Below, one piece after another: positions 61,201 through 64,000 of a stretch of DNA of 64,000 nt; the stretch's first letter is position 1, and each line of letters begins with the position of its first letter. Both the position numbers and the translations under genes were made by a program. The DNA comes from Barthelona sp. PCE (Eukaryota): positions 186,001 to 250,000 of the forward strand of contig JAUFOR010000008.1 in assembly GCA_040285745.1 (NCBI GenBank), given 5' to 3'. The notes under the pieces were generated by a model. The model worked only from the letters and a program-made list of their open reading frames with translations. It had not been told where the DNA came from and made no database searches.

Positions 61201-64000
61201 TTTTTTTTTTTCAATGAATTTTACAACCCCTAAATTAACTTATACAGCTTAATCATATACGCACACACAGTTACTGTACTATATATAACTCAAAAGCACT
61301 ACTATTCTTTTACTAATCGTTCATAGTTTTCTATGGGCATTAGTAGCAAATGGCCTCCACCAAAACTTTTTGAAAGGTAGCAGTGCTCCCGGCCTCGTCG
61401 ATGCTAACGACGCGCTCTACCACTGAGCTACACACTCCAAACTACAAATTGTTAGTTTGACGGAAAAGTTCAAGCCAAAGTGTCAAGTACCGTATTGGTT
61501 ATTCACAATTTCCGGTCAGTTTTCTCCCCCATCTCACGTAATTAGAGGTTAAGTATATCGAAAATAGTGGTATAATCAAACGGTAGAGACCCACAGTTAG
61601 TTAAAAATTACTAATTAAACTTTTTTTTTTTTCAATGAATTTTACAACCCCTAAATTAACTTATACAGCTTAATCATATACGCACACACAGTTACTGTAC
61701 TATATATAACTCAAAAGCACTACTATTCTTTACTAATCGTTCATAGTTTTCTATGGGCATTAGTAGCAAATGGCCTCCACCAAAACTTTTGAAAGGTAGC
61801 AGTGCTCCCGGCCTCGTCGATGCTAACGACGCGCTCTACCACTGAGCTACACACTCCAAACTCCAAATTGTTAGTTTGACGGAAAAGTTCAAGCCAAAGT
61901 GTCAAGTACCGTATTGGTTATTCACAATTTCCGGTCAGTTTTCTCCCCCATCTCACGTAATTAGAGGTTAAGTATATCGAAAATAGTGGTATAATCAAAC
62001 GGTAGAGACCCACAGTTAGTTAAAAATTACTAATTAAACTTTTTTTTTTTTCAATAAATTTTACAACCCCTAAATTAACTTATACAGCTTAATCATATAC
62101 GCACACACAGTTACTGTACTATATATAACTCAAAAGCACTACTATTCTTTACTAATCGTTCATAGTTTTCTATGGGCATTAGTAGCAAATGGCCTCCACC
62201 AAAACTTTTGAAAAGGTAGCAGTGCTCCCGGCCTCGTCGATGCTAACGACGCGCTACTACCACTGAGCTACACACTCCAAACTCCAAATTGTTAGTTTGA
62301 CGGAAAAGTTCAAGCCAAAGTGTCAAGTACCGTATTGGTTATTCACAATTTCCGGTCAGTTTTCTCCCCCATCTCACGTAATTAGAGGTTAAGTATATCG
62401 AAAATAGTGGTATAATCAAACGGTAGAGACCCACAGTTAGTTAAAAATTACTAATTAAACTTTTTTTTTTTTCAATAAATTTTACAACCCCTAAATTAAC
62501 TTATACAGCTTAATCATATACGCACACACAGTTACTGTACTATATATAACTCAAAAGCACTACTATTCTTTACTAATCGTTCATAGTTTTCTATGGGCAT
62601 TAGTAGCAAATGGCCTCCACCAAAACTTTTGAAAAGGTAGCAGTGCTCCCGGCCTCGTCGATGCTAACGACGCGCTCTACCACTGAGCTACACACTCCAA
62701 ACTCCAAATTGTTAGTTTGACGGAAAAGTTCAAGCCAAAGTGTCAAGTACCGTATTGGTTATTCACAATTTCCGGTCAGTTTTTCTCCCCCATCTCACGT
62801 AATTAGAGGTTAAGTATATCGAAAATAGTGGTATAATCAAACGGTAGAGACCCACAGTTAGTTAAAAATTACTAATTAAACTTTTTTTTTTTTCAATAAA
62901 TTTTACAACCCCTAAATTAACTTATACAGCTTAATCATATACGCACACACAGTTACTGTACTATATATAACTCAAAAGCACTACTATTCTTTACTAATCG
63001 TTCATAGTTTTCTATGGGCATTAGTAGCAAATGGCCTCCACCAAAACTTTTGAAAAGGTAGCAGTGCTCCCGGCCTCGTCGATGCTAACGACGCGCTCTA
63101 CCACTGAGCTACACACTCCAAACTCCAAATTGTTAGTTTGACGGAAAAGTTCAAGCCAAAGTGTCAAGTACCGTATTGGTTATTCACAATTTCCGGTCAG
63201 TTTTCTCCCCCATCTCACGTAATTAGAGGTTAAGTATATCGAAAATAGTGGTATAATCAAACGGTAGAGACCCACAGTTAGTTAAAAATTACTAATTAAA
63301 CTTTTTTTTTTTTCAATAAATTTTACAACCCCTAAATTAACTTATACAGCTTAATCATATACGCACACACAGTTACTGTACTATATATAACTCAAAAGCA
63401 CTACTATTCTTTACTAATCGTTCATAGTTTTCTATGGGCATTAGTAGCAAATGGCCTCCACCAAAACTTTTTTGAAAAGGTAGCAGTGCTCCCGGCCTCG
63501 TCGATGCTAACGACGCGCTCTACCACTGAGCTACACACTCCAAACTCCAAATTGTTAGTTTGACGGAAAAGTTCAAGCCAAAGTGTCAAGTACCGTATTG
63601 GTTATTCACAATTTCCGGTCAGTTTTCTCCCCATCTCACGTAATTAGAGGTTAAGTATATCGAAAATAGTGGTATAATCAAACGGTAGAGACCCACAGTT
63701 AGTTAAAAATTACTAATTAAACTTTTTTTTTTTTTCAATAAATTTTACAACCCCTAAATTAACTTATACAGCTTAATCATATACGCACACACAGTTACTG
63801 TACTATATATAACTCAAAAGCACTACTATTCTTTACTAATCGTTCATAGTTTTCTATGGGCATTAGTAGCAAATGGCCTCCACCAAAACTTTTGAAAAGG
63901 TAGCAGTGCTCCCGGCCTCGTCGATGCTAACGACGCGCTCTACCACTGAGCTACACACTCCAAACTCCAAATTGTTAGTTTGACGGAAAAGTTCAAGCCA
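58213..64000. repeat. Tandem array of ~420-bp units (about 13.8 copies, runs off the window)
   Basis: Near-identical units; AGCAGTGCTCCCGG recurs 14 times between 58441 and 63902. Confidence 0.98.
58448..58499 (-). pseudogene. 3'-truncated tRNA-Ala(AGC), first of 14 array copies
   Basis: 52 nt matching tRNA-Ala through the 5' T-stem; T-loop and 3' acceptor strand replaced by CACTGCTACCTTTT. Confidence 0.9.

Noticed and set aside
58213-64000. CRISPR-like array
   Set aside because: Units are near-identical over their full length with no unique spacers, and no cas-like genes are present

Overview
Eukaryotic, not prokaryotic. The window comes from a very compact, intron-poor flagellated protist genome using the standard genetic code. 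Its two clear introns have metamonad-like signals: a GTATGC donor and a branch point fused to the acceptor (CTRAC-NNNTAG). Bases 1-55.5 kb hold about 31 tightly packed genes, including eIF2A, Sec23, Hsp110, PP2A-A, Lsg1, Pwp1, a P5A ATPase, GT3 glycogen synthase, phospholipase B, dephospho-CoA kinase, TMEM216/17, a CLC, eIF3b, SF3A3, Tctex, DNAJC7 and a SPE-39-like protein. Bases 55.9-58.2 kb are non-coding: tRNA-Ser(AGA), tRNA-Gly(GCC), tRNA-Ala(AGC) and several unidentified structured RNA-like islands. One island is duplicated with compensatory base changes and is followed by a U1-like ACTTACCTG motif. From 58.2 kb to the window end runs a ~420-bp tandem array (about 13.8 units). Each unit is a chimera of a tRNA-Ala cut off exactly at the T-loop, its 133-bp upstream spacer, and a separate segment with folding potential. 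Protein calls rest on motif recognition only; no searches were run.
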